Source of the DNA: an uncultured virus (IMG/VR IMGVR_UViG_3300037631_003085)
Lineage: Duplodnaviria > Heunggongvirae > Uroviricota > Caudoviricetes
Length of the DNA stretch: 64,000 nucleotides
Strand: one strand, 5' to 3'
Virus record (IMG/VR): IMGVR_UViG_3300037631_003085
This document shows, one piece after another, positions 34,722 to 45,965 of this stretch; the first letter of the stretch is position 1; each line of letters begins with the position of its first letter. The position numbers and the translations under genes are program-made. A model generated the notes under the pieces. That model was not told the origin of the DNA and searched no databases. It saw only the letters and a list, made by a program, of their open reading frames with translations.

Positions 34722-37700
34722 AACGACTCAAAAAAATTAAAGTCGGTATAGAAAAGGTAAACAAAGTTTATCATATCGCAGATGTACATATAAGAAACCT
34801 CAAGCGACACAAAGAGTATCGTGATGTATTTTCCCAACTTTATGGATATATTCTATCCACAATGGATGAAAATGACATCATATACATTGCAGGTGATATT
34901 GTTCATGCTAAGACTGATATGTCACCCGAAGTGGTAGACTTGACTCAAGAGTTCTTTACTCGATTAGCAGACTTACTACCAACAATTGTCATTCCTGGTA
35001 ATCACGATGCTAATCTAAACAACACGTCAAGGTTGGATGCATTGTCACCAATTATTAACGCATTGAAACACCCAAACCTATTCTACCTAAAAGATACAGG
35101 TGCTTGGTCATTGGGTGACCTCACAATAGTACACCAATCAGTTTGGGATAAGTCTCCAGGATTTCCACCATCGGTTGATTACAAAGGTGATACTAAGATT
35201 GCAGTATTTCATGGACCGGTTGATAAGATTGAGACTGAACATGGATTTGCTATCGAGAATAAGAACATCAATGTAGGAAACTTTGATGGGTATGATATGG
35301 TGATGTTGGGTGATATCCATAAACCAAATAATGCAGTTCAAGGTGTTGATACAATAAAGTACGCAGGTTCACTTATAGTTCAGAATCATGGTGAGGCAAA
35401 ATATCCAGACCATGGTATTTTAGTTTGGGATGTTCTAACTCGTACAAGTGAGTTTGTAAGAATTCCAAATGACTATGGTTATGTAACCGTTGATATTGAA
35501 GAGGGTAAGATTGTATCAAGTATGCCAATTCCTCAAAAACCACGAATGAGAGTTCGTGTAAAAGATACTAAGGCATCTGAACTAAACAAGATTATAGCAG
35601 ACTTAAAGAAGGGTAGGCAGGTTCAAGAATTAACGATACAAAAAGTAATTACTCGTAAAAGTGGTAGTGATAGTGAAAAGATTGTTCTTCAGAATGTACG
35701 TGATACTGCTTTCCAAAATAAATTGATTGAAGATTTCTTAAATGAAAACGAACACCTCACCGAACAGCAACTTGAAGTTGTTAAAGGTATTAATAACGAC
35801 ATCAACTCAAAGTTGGGAATCCACCGAGCAATTACCAACACCACTTGGATACCAAAGAAGTTTGAATTCTCGAATATGTTCTCGTATGGTCCTAACAATG
35901 TTGTAGACTTTAGTCAAATGAAAGGAGCATATGGTATCTTTGCTCCAAACGCAAGTGGTAAATCAACCTTATGGGATGCTCTTTCATTTTGTATATTCGA
36001 TAAATGTTCTCGTACTTCTAAAGCAGAAGACGTTATGAACTATTCTAAGATGTCATTTAATTGTTCATTTACTTTTGAATTAAATGGTGTTGATTATACA
36101 ATTGAACGTACCGCAAAAAAATCACCAAAGCGTGGTACTGTGAAGGTTAATACTGACTTTTATAGAATTATAGATGGTCAGAAAGAATCTTTAAATGGTG
36201 AACAGCGTAGAGATACAAATGTAAATATAAGAGAATATGTTGGAACATACGAGGATTTCATCCTTACAGCCATGTCAACCCAATCGAACAATAGTGGGTT
36301 CATCGAAAAGTCTCAGAAGGAACGAAAAGAACTCCTCGCCCAATTCTTGGACATGGATGTCTTTGAAGGGTTATACCAAATCGCAAGTGAGGAGATTAAA
36401 GAATTATCAGCTCTTTTAAAAGATTACAAAAACCAAGACCTACCAACACAACTTGCAGAGGCAGAAGATACATTGACATCAATTACTGGCTCATTGACCG
36501 ACCTACAAGATAGACGTTCGGAGTTGGAGACAAAATGTGATAACACAAACATTAAAATAGAATTTGAAATGGGCGCACTCAAGCCTGTTGAAGATTTAGG
36601 TGATGTTTCTGATTTAGAAGATAAGCTCGAACTACAACAAGAGTACATTAACAAACAACAAATGTCATGTGATGGGGTATCGGTATCTATTAAAAAAACA
36701 AATACTGATATAAAGAATATTCAGTCTAAACTATCTAAGTTTAACGAGAGTGAATTAATTGAGTCAGATAAACAATACAAGATACTCGATAATAAATTTA
36801 ATCAGATGGGTGTTGAGTTAACCAAATTAGAATCAGAAATGGTTCATTCAAAAAAACACTTAGATGGTATTGGGTCATTGACCTTTGATGAAACTTGTGA
36901 ACATTGTGTAAAAAATCAAAACACTCCGTTTGCTAAACAAGCACAAACACTTGAGGTTGGGTTAGAACGATTAGGTAAAGAATACTCAACGTTAGTTTCA
37001 AGTAGGTTAGATGTAATGACTGAACGAGATACCCATGATGTATCAGCTAAACTAAAAGTATATAATGAGTTAGTATTAGATTCTAAAGAGTTACATAGTG
37101 AGTTAAGTAAGTATGAATCTGAGTATGATGGGTGTATTCTTCGTGTTGATAATATGACCTTAGAGATGGAATCTTTAAAAGAAAAGGTAACTCGTGCTAA
37201 AAATCAACAAGAAGCTGTAACCCATAATGCTCAAATACAAGAAAAGGTAAAATCTTTTAAAATCACACGAGATAAACTTAAAGATGAGATTCGTGATATT
37301 ACCACCGAGATTATGGATGTTAATTCGGATATTAAGTTAGCCGAAAAAACAATAGATATGGTAAATACGTCAATCGATAAACTTCGTGATATGGAAGTTC
37401 GTTTTGATGGTTATGAATATTATCTTAAATGTGTAAAGAGAGATGGTATACCATATAATCTTATTTCAGATGTCTTACCTAAGTTAGAGGTTGAGATTAA
37501 CAACATACTACAACCAATAGTAGACTTTCAAGTACTACTAAATACTGATGGTAAGAATATCAACTCATACATTGCATATGGTACTGAGGAATATTGGCCA
37601 TTAGAACTTACAAGTGGTATGGAAAAGTTCATATCGTCAATTGCAATTAGAACCGCATTGATTAATGTATCGAATCTACCAAGACCAAACTTCATTGCTA

Positions 37701-37885
37701 TTGATGAGGGATTTGGTTCATTAGACACGGATAACTTTAATTCTTTATATTTATTATTTGACTACCTAAAGACACAATTTGATTTTATCATAACAATATC
37801 ACACATTGATAAGACTAGAGATATGGTTGACCAAATAATTGATATAAATAAAGTTAGGGGATTCTCTAAGGTGTCATATTTATAA
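34718..37885 (+). CDS. fused SbcD-SbcC (Mre11-Rad50, gp47-gp46) recombination nuclease/ATPase
   Basis: DVH, GD, GNHD, GDIH phosphoesterase motifs, then NASGKST Walker A, coiled coil with CEHC hook, SGME signature, IDEGFGSLD, ISH. Confidence 0.92.
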   Translation: MKRLKKIKVGIEKVNKVYHIADVHIRNLKRHKEYRDVFSQLYGYILSTMDENDIIYIAGDIVHAKTDMSPEVVDLTQEFFTRLADLLPTIVIPGNHDANLNNTSRLDALSPIINALKHPNLFYLKDTGAWSLGDLTIVHQSVWDKSPGFPPSVDYKGDTKIAVFHGPVDKIETEHGFAIENKNINVGNFDGYDMVMLGDIHKPNNAVQGVDTIKYAGSLIVQNHGEAKYPDHGILVWDVLTRTSEFVRIPNDYGYVTVDIEEGKIVSSMPIPQKPRMRVRVKDTKASELNKIIADLKKGRQVQELTIQKVITRKSGSDSEKIVLQNVRDTAFQNKLIEDFLNENEHLTEQQLEVVKGINNDINSKLGIHRAITNTTWIPKKFEFSNMFSYGPNNVVDFSQMKGAYGIFAPNASGKSTLWDALSFCIFDKCSRTSKAEDVMNYSKMSFNCSFTFELNGVDYTIERTAKKSPKRGTVKVNTDFYRIIDGQKESLNGEQRRDTNVNIREYVGTYEDFILTAMSTQSNNSGFIEKSQKERKELLAQFLDMDVFEGLYQIASEEIKELSALLKDYKNQDLPTQLAEAEDTLTSITGSLTDLQDRRSELETKCDNTNIKIEFEMGALKPVEDLGDVSDLEDKLELQQEYINKQQMSCDGVSVSIKKTNTDIKNIQSKLSKFNESELIESDKQYKILDNKFNQMGVELTKLESEMVHSKKHLDGIGSLTFDETCEHCVKNQNTPFAKQAQTLEVGLERLGKEYSTLVSSRLDVMTERDTHDVSAKLKVYNELVLDSKELHSELSKYESEYDGCILRVDNMTLEMESLKEKVTRAKNQQEAVTHNAQIQEKVKSFKITRDKLKDEIRDITTEIMDVNSDIKLAEKTIDMVNTSIDKLRDMEVRFDGYEYYLKCVKRDGIPYNLISDVLPKLEVEINNILQPIVDFQVLLNTDGKNINSYIAYGTEEYWPLELTSGMEKFISSIAIRTALINVSNLPRPNFIAIDEGFGSLDTDNFNSLYLLFDYLKTQFDFIITISHIDKTRDMVDQIIDINKVRGFSKVSYL

Positions 37886-37905
37886 GAAAGTAATGGAGTC
37901 CGTTA

Positions 37906-40900
37906 ATGGGATTAGAACTAAAACGAAGGTCTAAGCAATTTTTAAGTAAAATATCAAACGCTCTTGATTTAGATGATAAAGAGGCAGTTAGGGTATTTGG
38001 TATCAGAAACTTTCCAGAATTTTTTGGAGAGGGTAAGAACTCGTTTAGAATAAAACCACAACCACGCTCGATTGTTACTAATACTCAAATTGACGTTGAG
38101 GTATTGGATAGTAATGGCAATACGATATATTGGGAAGCTCCCAAGTATAAGGATGACGATAAATCTCAACTGATTACTGTTTGGGTTTACTCTGACGATA
38201 ACGATAGGTATCATACTCCTGATGGAATATGTACGGTAACAATCGTAGCAAATACCACGGAAGGTCCTATCAGATACACTCGTGAAGTAAATGTTGTAAA
38301 AAATCAAAAATCAATATCTGATATTGTTTTCGTAGATACTCCGAATGGAGAGGTGTCAGCCTCAGTTGATTCATTTACAGAACTACCCCAAACAAATGGT
38401 GTACTATCAAAGGTTTCAGTAAATGGTGAGTTTACTTACAAGAAGTCTATATATGGTGACGATGTTTCGTTTGAGGTATCTACACCCATAATAAATGGTG
38501 AAATGCTGGGTGGTACTCTTGAATTAGATTTATCATCTACCACTTTATTTCCACGATTGACTGGCGGCCAACCACAACCGACACACGTTACTTCAAGTAT
38601 TACTGAAGTTATAACAAACAATATATTTAGAGTTGGGTTACCAATTACATCAAGCGATAATCGTAGTGATGGTTCAATTCATACATATGAATATTCCAAC
38701 GACACTATAACCGGTACAATACGATATCAGTCAACTGGTTCGTTAAATACAACTCAAAATCAAGTAGCAGTTGCAAATATTACATTATCAAATGTAAATC
38801 CGGTATCGGGTAGAATTAGCTCTGTAAATACCTTGATTAAATCACAAGGGTTACCAAACTCTGATTTTGAGATAATATCAAATACTGACGTTCCAAACGA
38901 ACCTGATATTTCATATAAAGTTGTAATACCAACCGAACAATTAAACGACCCTAAAACTTTAAAGATTCAATTCTTAAATAAGAATGGTAATGTATCTAAT
39001 ACTGAAATATTAATTGAAGGTATTATATTTGAGGGTGGTAACGTTTATATAGGTGGGTCAGAATCCATAATTACTGGTTCTATATTCGTATCAAATGCTA
39101 TTGGTAGTGGTTTAGAAATAGGCGGTCATTCAAGTGGTTTTCTAAAATCAGTAGGATATGATGGCCAAATTTCGGCATCGGAAGGTAAAGGACCTGGTGG
39201 ATTCATACTATATAGTGGTAGTAACGCATTACAAATGGGTAGTGATGTACTACGTGGTGTTGGTATGCAGTTTGTTGGTGACAATGACGATAGACACTTA
39301 ATATTTACAACAGCCGATGGTGGGTTGTTGGATGTCAAAACTGATAAGTTTTTTATTGGTACAACCAACACTCAATTTATAAGTGGGTCTGATTCTAATA
39401 TAGAAATCAGTTCTTCACTATTTCACTTAGACCCCAAGAATGACCGATTAGTAATTGGTGCTGACGCTATTATAGAAGCAGACTTATCAGCAAACAATAT
39501 TCGTACTCCTGCAACAATTGGTGGTAATCAATCCACCGACTTAAATGCAAGTTCATCTATAACACAAGATGGGTTCGCTCGATTTGTATCCGCAAGTATT
39601 GGTGGTTGGAACGTAGACACTGGTTCAATCTTTAGTGATAATTTAGAGATAAATTCAACAGGTAAGATAAAAACGAGAGATTACATATCAGATACTAAAG
39701 GGTGGTTAATTGATGAGACTGGTATAGCTGAATTCGCTAATGTTAAGATTCGTGGTACTCTTGCAACTACAACCTTTGAGAAGGAAAGTGTAAACGCAGT
39801 AGGTGGTCAACTATATGTTGCTAATTCTACTACTTTGAGTGGGTCATATAGTTCAAGTATAACGCCAGTACCTTCGAGTGGGGTAACATCGTCTACATCA
39901 CTACCAACTGAGTTTGGTGATAATAGTACGGATAAGATTGAATTTCCACAATTTACTCCATATCAATTAGTATCTGTTGAAGATTCCACAAAGTTTACTA
40001 TTGATACACCAATCTTCGCAAATGGTGGTACTGCATTTTTGTATTATAGTTCAAGTAACGCATTTGGTTCACAAGTCTCGGCAAGTGAAGAAGTTACAGT
40101 AAGTACAACAATACCATATTCAGCATCGTTCTTAAATCGGACTGGTGTTATTAATGGTCAGAGTACCTTTGAATACACTGACTTTGTTGTACAAACGCCA
40201 TTACCACCCACGGGCCAAGAAGACCATTTTGTAGATGAAGTATGTACTATTACGGAAATGAATGGGGCAATCGTATTTAGTAATAGTAGTGATACAGCCA
40301 CCGCTACGTTGACCTCTTTAGGCCCTCCAACTGAAATTACACTTGAACCTGGAGTTACATTTAACGGAGCTTATAGTGGTCAAACTTTAGAATTCGCATT
40401 ATCATTTACAAACTCTACGAGTGTAACTGAACACCAAGCAACTAATATTGTTTATAAGAAAGTTGGAATTTGGCCAGCTTCAATTGTAGATGATGGTGAG
40501 ATTACATTTGACGATGGTGGTGGTAGTCATACGTTCGATATCCTCGAACGTGTTAGTGATACACAACTAAAAATAGACACATCATCACATAAACCAAATA
40601 CCAGCGCGTCGTTTGTAGGCGCATCTGGTAACTATTCACAATCATTATCCGACACACGAACTATAAGCGCTGGTACAACTACAACAACACAATTTATTTA
40701 CGATAACATATCACCATCTTCAAGTAGATTTATAGTAGAAAATGTAACAGGCTTCGCAGAAGGTGAAATACTAACTTTAAAAAAAGTAAATAATACTGGA
40801 TTTACAACTGAGTACGTTAGAGTACATAGTTCAACACGATTGGATGGTAGTAGTGATACCGACCTAACAGGTATATTAGACGTTACACGTTCATATGGTA

Positions 40901-42303
40901 GTGGTACGACCGGAGATACTGCCTCACTTGGGGATATTGCATCGGTAGCACAAGAATACGATACTGGTCAGGTGGTGGTATCTACTGGTAAAATCGGAAG
41001 TGGTTACATTAGAATTAACGCGAATCCAAATGACCCATCTACACCATATATTGATATTGTAGAAAGAACGGGTAGTGGTTTATATGATGTAGACCTTAAA
41101 GCACGTTTGGGTGACCTTAGTGGGTTAGCCGGTAGTAATATGGTATTGGGTAATAATACTCCTGGTTTTGGTTTAGCTACTGATAATGTATTCCTTCAAG
41201 GTGGTATCATTGCAACCTTTGGTGAAATCGGTGGGTTTGGTATAAACGCCACTACAATATCATCATCAAACAATAATCTTATTTTAAGAAGTAATGGTCA
41301 GATAACCGGTTCAGCTGCATTATTAAGTGGTAGTGATGTTGTGATTGACGTAGAAGACTTTACTTTAAACTCAACAAACTTCAAAGTAAATTCTGCTGGT
41401 GATATTACTGGCTCTAATGTGTTATTCGATGGTGGCACTATTGGTGGATTTGAATTAGGGTCTAATATTATATCATCATCAAATGGCGATTTAGTTTTAA
41501 AATCGAATGGTGAAATTACCGGCTCTAATGTATTATTTAACAACGGAATAGTCGGTGGTTTTGAAATAGGAAGTAATCAGATATCATCATCTAATTCAGC
41601 ATTAATTCTAAAGAATAATGGGCATATTACAGGATCAGCAGTACGTTTAACCACAACAGTTGGTAGTCAGTTGTACGAAGTCCTTGACACCACTAAGGGT
41701 ATAATTGATGCTAAGAATGTTGGTAGACAACTATACATGAGTTCCGATGAGCATATACTCCAAAACTCAAATAGTAATTCAGGAAAAACAGTATCATCTG
41801 ATAAAATTACAATTATATGGCAGGGGTTTAGACACGAAACGCGTGTTAATATTTCATTTCAGGGGTTATTCGAAAAACATGGCACTGGAAAAGCGATAGG
41901 TGGATTTCAAGGTTCGTTATACACTGCAATATCAGGCTCTGATAATTCTGCTGACACTTATTATGATAATTGGCAATCGTTACGTACTAATCAAGGTATG
42001 GCTGTATTTGGAACTACTGGCACAAATACACCCTATTCTGCATCGGAATCGAATATTGGTCCTGACGCTTTTACGTTTGAAATTGATAATTACACCGATG
42101 GGTTAAGTACATATAATCACGAAAAATATCAAACACAATTATTTAAACTTGAACTACAACCATATGTTCAGAACCTCATAACAACAACAGGAACTTCAAG
42201 AGTTAAAATAAAAAATATATCAGTTTGGACATCACGTGGATTAGCTAGTACATTTGAGGCACTTCCAGTTCAACCGAACAATGGTGGGTTTGGTCTTCCA
42301 TAA
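37906..42303 (+). CDS. large tail/baseplate-associated protein with beta repeats
   Basis: 1465 aa, S/T/G-rich; three GGF.I....ISSSN..L.L..NG.ITGS repeats; RLGDLSGL motif. Confidence 0.7.
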   Translation: MGLELKRRSKQFLSKISNALDLDDKEAVRVFGIRNFPEFFGEGKNSFRIKPQPRSIVTNTQIDVEVLDSNGNTIYWEAPKYKDDDKSQLITVWVYSDDNDRYHTPDGICTVTIVANTTEGPIRYTREVNVVKNQKSISDIVFVDTPNGEVSASVDSFTELPQTNGVLSKVSVNGEFTYKKSIYGDDVSFEVSTPIINGEMLGGTLELDLSSTTLFPRLTGGQPQPTHVTSSITEVITNNIFRVGLPITSSDNRSDGSIHTYEYSNDTITGTIRYQSTGSLNTTQNQVAVANITLSNVNPVSGRISSVNTLIKSQGLPNSDFEIISNTDVPNEPDISYKVVIPTEQLNDPKTLKIQFLNKNGNVSNTEILIEGIIFEGGNVYIGGSESIITGSIFVSNAIGSGLEIGGHSSGFLKSVGYDGQISASEGKGPGGFILYSGSNALQMGSDVLRGVGMQFVGDNDDRHLIFTTADGGLLDVKTDKFFIGTTNTQFISGSDSNIEISSSLFHLDPKNDRLVIGADAIIEADLSANNIRTPATIGGNQSTDLNASSSITQDGFARFVSASIGGWNVDTGSIFSDNLEINSTGKIKTRDYISDTKGWLIDETGIAEFANVKIRGTLATTTFEKESVNAVGGQLYVANSTTLSGSYSSSITPVPSSGVTSSTSLPTEFGDNSTDKIEFPQFTPYQLVSVEDSTKFTIDTPIFANGGTAFLYYSSSNAFGSQVSASEEVTVSTTIPYSASFLNRTGVINGQSTFEYTDFVVQTPLPPTGQEDHFVDEVCTITEMNGAIVFSNSSDTATATLTSLGPPTEITLEPGVTFNGAYSGQTLEFALSFTNSTSVTEHQATNIVYKKVGIWPASIVDDGEITFDDGGGSHTFDILERVSDTQLKIDTSSHKPNTSASFVGASGNYSQSLSDTRTISAGTTTTTQFIYDNISPSSSRFIVENVTGFAEGEILTLKKVNNTGFTTEYVRVHSSTRLDGSSDTDLTGILDVTRSYGSGTTGDTASLGDIASVAQEYDTGQVVVSTGKIGSGYIRINANPNDPSTPYIDIVERTGSGLYDVDLKARLGDLSGLAGSNMVLGNNTPGFGLATDNVFLQGGIIATFGEIGGFGINATTISSSNNNLILRSNGQITGSAALLSGSDVVIDVEDFTLNSTNFKVNSAGDITGSNVLFDGGTIGGFELGSNIISSSNGDLVLKSNGEITGSNVLFNNGIVGGFEIGSNQISSSNSALILKNNGHITGSAVRLTTTVGSQLYEVLDTTKGIIDAKNVGRQLYMSSDEHILQNSNSNSGKTVSSDKITIIWQGFRHETRVNISFQGLFEKHGTGKAIGGFQGSLYTAISGSDNSADTYYDNWQSLRTNQGMAVFGTTGTNTPYSASESNIGPDAFTFEIDNYTDGLSTYNHEKYQTQLFKLELQPYVQNLITTTGTSRVKIKNISVWTSRGLASTFEALPVQPNNGGFGLP

Positions 42304-42338
42304 TTGGAATTTAAAAATAATTTAGGATACTTATTAGT

Positions 42339-44627
42339 ATGGGAAAATTAATAAACGAATGGGTAACGGAATCAATCCTTACCGAAGACATTAAAAAAAC
42401 AGTGGTAACTTACGTAGGTAGGTTTCATCCATTCCATTCTGGCCATAACGCAACATACCAACACTTAGTTAAAAAGTTTGGTAAAGATAATGTGTATATA
42501 GGTACGTCTGATAAGGTACAATTACCAAAGTCACCATTCACTTTCAAAGAGAAAGTTAAGATAATGACTACTATGTTTGGTATTCCCAAAAATAAAATAG
42601 TAAAGGTAAAAAACCCATATTCACCAAAAGAGATTCTACAATCATTTTCAGAAGAGACTACTGCATTTATCACAGTAGTTGGTGAGAAGGACAAGAGTAG
42701 ATTGGGTGGTAAATACTTTGAACCATATAAGGGTAAGGTAGAAAAGGGTTATGCTGATGTCGGTTACGTTTATGTAGCACCATCACAAGGAAACGGAATA
42801 TCTGGTACTCAAGTACGTAAGGGTATGTCTGATTCGGATGAGAAATCTCGTATTAAGTTTTTCAAGTCAGTATACCCAAAGTTCAACCAAAAGATTTATG
42901 ATTTAGTTTCAGGTCGTTTAATAAAAGTAGAATCCGTAATGGAATCGTTCTTACAAACATTTGATATTAATGAAATGTTATCCGAAGCTTCATCATTACC
43001 ACCAAGTGGTAAGGGTATAGTAGATGATGGTCCTGGCGCTTTCTATGGTAATATGAAAACTTTTAAGAAAGAGATGAATGATGTAACTTCTACATTAGGC
43101 TGGCAAATTATATCATACCTAATGGATGATGATTCCATGGAGTCATTTGATACATCATACCCTAATGGGTCTGGTAGATATCCGGTATCATTTTTTCCAA
43201 GTGGTGATACCATGGATGGTCAGAAAATGAGATATGGAACGGATGTAACCGGCAGACCGGGATATAAAAAGTGGGCTAAACATATTAAGAAAGTTGCCCT
43301 TCGTTTGGGTATGGAATTCGTTAAGTTTGCTGAACCAAAGGATATTGAAAATCTTACTTCTAAAATTGATAATGAAAAAACTAAAGATAAAAAAAATAAT
43401 CTAAAAGAAGGTATTCTTAATGAAGGTGGTGCATATGGTCATATGAATCACCCATTTGATATTGAGTTAGGCCTTACATTTGGTGATTTAAAAATAATAA
43501 TAGATAACGCTCTAAATGGTAAGTTAGAATTTACACGAGAAAAAACCGATGGACAAGCACTTGCTATATCATATAGAAGTGACAAAGGTATCATCGCTGC
43601 AAGAAATAAATCACATCTAAAAGATAAAGGACTTAATGCATTAGACATTAAGGGTGTTTCAGATAAATTTGCTAATAGAGGTGGTTTGACCGATGCGTAT
43701 AATTTCGCTATGAGAGATTTGGAATCTGCGATTTCAAAACTATCAAAAGCACAAAAAGAAAAAGTCTTCAAGAATGGTTCAAAGTTTATGAACATCGAAG
43801 TCATCTGGCCGGAGTCAGTAAACGTAGTACCATATGGTCAACCCCTATTAGTATTTCATGGAACTATGGAATACAACGAAAAAGGTGAAGCTATTGGAGC
43901 AGACACCTCTGATGCAAGAATCTTAGCCGGTATGATTAAACAAGTAAATGCGGATGTACAAGATGCATATACAATACAAGGCCCTCCGGTTGTAACTCTC
44001 CCAAAGAATCAAGAACTATCAAAAATGAAATCAAAGTTCTTTAGTCAATTATCTAAAGTTCAAAAAGAATTTAAACTTAAAGATAGTGATGGTGTAGCTG
44101 AATACCATCAACGTTGGTGGGAACAGTATGTTGATAAAAACTCACCATCTTCATTAGACAACAAAACCAAAATGGGTCTTGTTAAACGTTGGGCATTTTA
44201 TGATAAGGGATTCCGTTTGGATAAGAAAAACATTTCTGATTCTAAAACATTAGATTGGGCAAAGAAGACTGATAAAATAGACCAAATTAAAATATCCAAA
44301 CAAAACATACGTAAGTTTGAAGATATATTCTTAGGTGTAGGTGCCGAGGTATTATCCTTTATGTCATCAGCTTTAACTGTAAATCCAGACAAAGCTCTTC
44401 GTGCAATGCAAAAACGACTCGACCAAACCATCAAAGACGTTAGGAAATCGGGCGACCCAAAAAAGATTGAAAAATTAAAATTAGAATTAGAAAGACTAAA
44501 AGCCGTAGGTGGTAGAGATAAGATTGTTCCAAATGAGGGATTGGTATTCGCATATAAAGGATACACCATGAAACTTACAGGTACATTTGCATCACTCAAC
44601 CAAATCCTTGGTTTAATGTATTTTTAA
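42339..44627 (+). CDS. HxGH nucleotidyltransferase fused to a KxDG ligase-like domain
   Basis: GRFHPFHSGH, ISGTQVR; C-terminal GHMNHP, EKTDG, EGLVF, KLTG.FA. Confidence 0.7.
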   Translation: MGKLINEWVTESILTEDIKKTVVTYVGRFHPFHSGHNATYQHLVKKFGKDNVYIGTSDKVQLPKSPFTFKEKVKIMTTMFGIPKNKIVKVKNPYSPKEILQSFSEETTAFITVVGEKDKSRLGGKYFEPYKGKVEKGYADVGYVYVAPSQGNGISGTQVRKGMSDSDEKSRIKFFKSVYPKFNQKIYDLVSGRLIKVESVMESFLQTFDINEMLSEASSLPPSGKGIVDDGPGAFYGNMKTFKKEMNDVTSTLGWQIISYLMDDDSMESFDTSYPNGSGRYPVSFFPSGDTMDGQKMRYGTDVTGRPGYKKWAKHIKKVALRLGMEFVKFAEPKDIENLTSKIDNEKTKDKKNNLKEGILNEGGAYGHMNHPFDIELGLTFGDLKIIIDNALNGKLEFTREKTDGQALAISYRSDKGIIAARNKSHLKDKGLNALDIKGVSDKFANRGGLTDAYNFAMRDLESAISKLSKAQKEKVFKNGSKFMNIEVIWPESVNVVPYGQPLLVFHGTMEYNEKGEAIGADTSDARILAGMIKQVNADVQDAYTIQGPPVVTLPKNQELSKMKSKFFSQLSKVQKEFKLKDSDGVAEYHQRWWEQYVDKNSPSSLDNKTKMGLVKRWAFYDKGFRLDKKNISDSKTLDWAKKTDKIDQIKISKQNIRKFEDIFLGVGAEVLSFMSSALTVNPDKALRAMQKRLDQTIKDVRKSGDPKKIEKLKLELERLKAVGGRDKIVPNEGLVFAYKGYTMKLTGTFASLNQILGLMYF

Positions 44628-44663
44628 CATACTTATAGTAATAAAAGTTATATATAAAAAGTT

Positions 44664-45242
44664 ATGTCAAAATTAAACAACATCAAGGCAGTCAAAGAAA
44701 TGATTGCTGGAAACCACCGAACACAAACAAAGAACACGGTGGCATTTGATGCACATAAAGAGTTCGTCAAACGAGAAGTTGGTGACCAGTGGATTGATGA
44801 TGATGGAAATACATGGGAGCAGAAGAAAGGATACAAAGTAAAACTTGGTAAACTTTCGGAATTGAGAAACACACTCAAGGACTTTCCTAATTGTAAAAAA
44901 GATACGTGTACATCGCATACGAATCCAACTCGTAACGATATTAAGATGCAGGCCATTCATGGTATGTGTCTAAATTGTGTTATTAGTATGGAACATCAAA
45001 TGAAAATTGATGGTACGTATAGTGAGTATGAACGTAAAAAGAAGCTAGAAAACGCAAAAGCTTGGTTAGCCCAAGCTGAGTTGGAAAAGGATACTATAAA
45101 GTTAGCTATGAAAGCTAGGTTTGTGAATGAAGATGGGTCACTTGAAGATTGGGATGGTGGTTCATGGGAAGAGATTGAAGAAAAGATAGAAACTGAGTTT
45201 CAAAATTTTAAAGAAACCTTTATCCAAAAATTGGAGAAATAA
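44664..45242 (+). CDS. conserved hypothetical protein with Cys/His cluster
   Basis: GD.W.D..G.TWEQK.G, CxxxxC and HGMCLNC. Confidence 0.7.
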   Translation: MSKLNNIKAVKEMIAGNHRTQTKNTVAFDAHKEFVKREVGDQWIDDDGNTWEQKKGYKVKLGKLSELRNTLKDFPNCKKDTCTSHTNPTRNDIKMQAIHGMCLNCVISMEHQMKIDGTYSEYERKKKLENAKAWLAQAELEKDTIKLAMKARFVNEDGSLEDWDGGSWEEIEEKIETEFQNFKETFIQKLEK

Positions 45243-45243
45243 A

Positions 45244-45654
45244 TTGAAAACATTTATTAAAGAAACATATAAATTCTACACCGAAGATGGTATACCTCAT
45301 ACATTAGCTATGGAGTATACCATTTCCGATGTTTACGAACGACTATGTACTGAAGGTGTAATGACTGAAGATTTACGTAAGTGGTTTGGTAAAGGTAAGA
45401 CTGGTTCATCAGATGGTGGTGGATGGGATAGATATAGTTCTGATGGTAAGAAGTTAGGTAAATGTGGTGATGGTAAAGAGGGTGGTGCATACGCTGCATG
45501 TTTATCAAAAGAAAAGGCTGCAAAACTTGGACCAAAGGGTAGAGCAACTTTCGTGAATAGAAAGAGACGTGCTCAAAAGAAGAGTGGCGATTCAAAAAAA
45601 GGTGGAAATCGGACTAAAGGAAAAAAACCAACAAACTCAAAGACTGGGGCATAA
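45244..45654 (+). CDS. basic internal-head-like protein
   Basis: MTE|DLRKWF...GW...KCG...Y.ACL module; TTG start after GGAG. Confidence 0.6.
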   Translation: MKTFIKETYKFYTEDGIPHTLAMEYTISDVYERLCTEGVMTEDLRKWFGKGKTGSSDGGGWDRYSSDGKKLGKCGDGKEGGAYAACLSKEKAAKLGPKGRATFVNRKRRAQKKSGDSKKGGNRTKGKKPTNSKTGA

Positions 45655-45657
45655 GAT

Positions 45658-45957
45658 ATGATTAAGTTAAAACAATTACTAAACGAGAGTGATTACAAGA
45701 TATATCACAAATCATTTACTGCAGCATCTGAAGAAGCAAGGAAGCTTGCTGAAAAACGTGGATTCGAAATCGATGAAGACGATTGGCAGTCTCAGATTGT
45801 AATGGGTGGTCGTAACAAACGCTCAAGACCAAGTGAAGGTAAAACTACTGAGTTCACAATTAGATTACTTAAAGGTGGTAAACCACAACGTAAGTCTCTT
45901 CAAATCCAAGTATATGGTATGAAGAAGGGTTATGAACTAAACGCATACATCAACTAA
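45658..45957 (+). CDS. small internal-head-like protein
   Basis: MIKLKQLLNE leader; C-terminal YELNAYI. Confidence 0.7.
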   Translation: MIKLKQLLNESDYKIYHKSFTAASEEARKLAEKRGFEIDEDDWQSQIVMGGRNKRSRPSEGKTTEFTIRLLKGGKPQRKSLQIQVYGMKKGYELNAYIN

Positions 45958-45965
45958 GGGGTATT

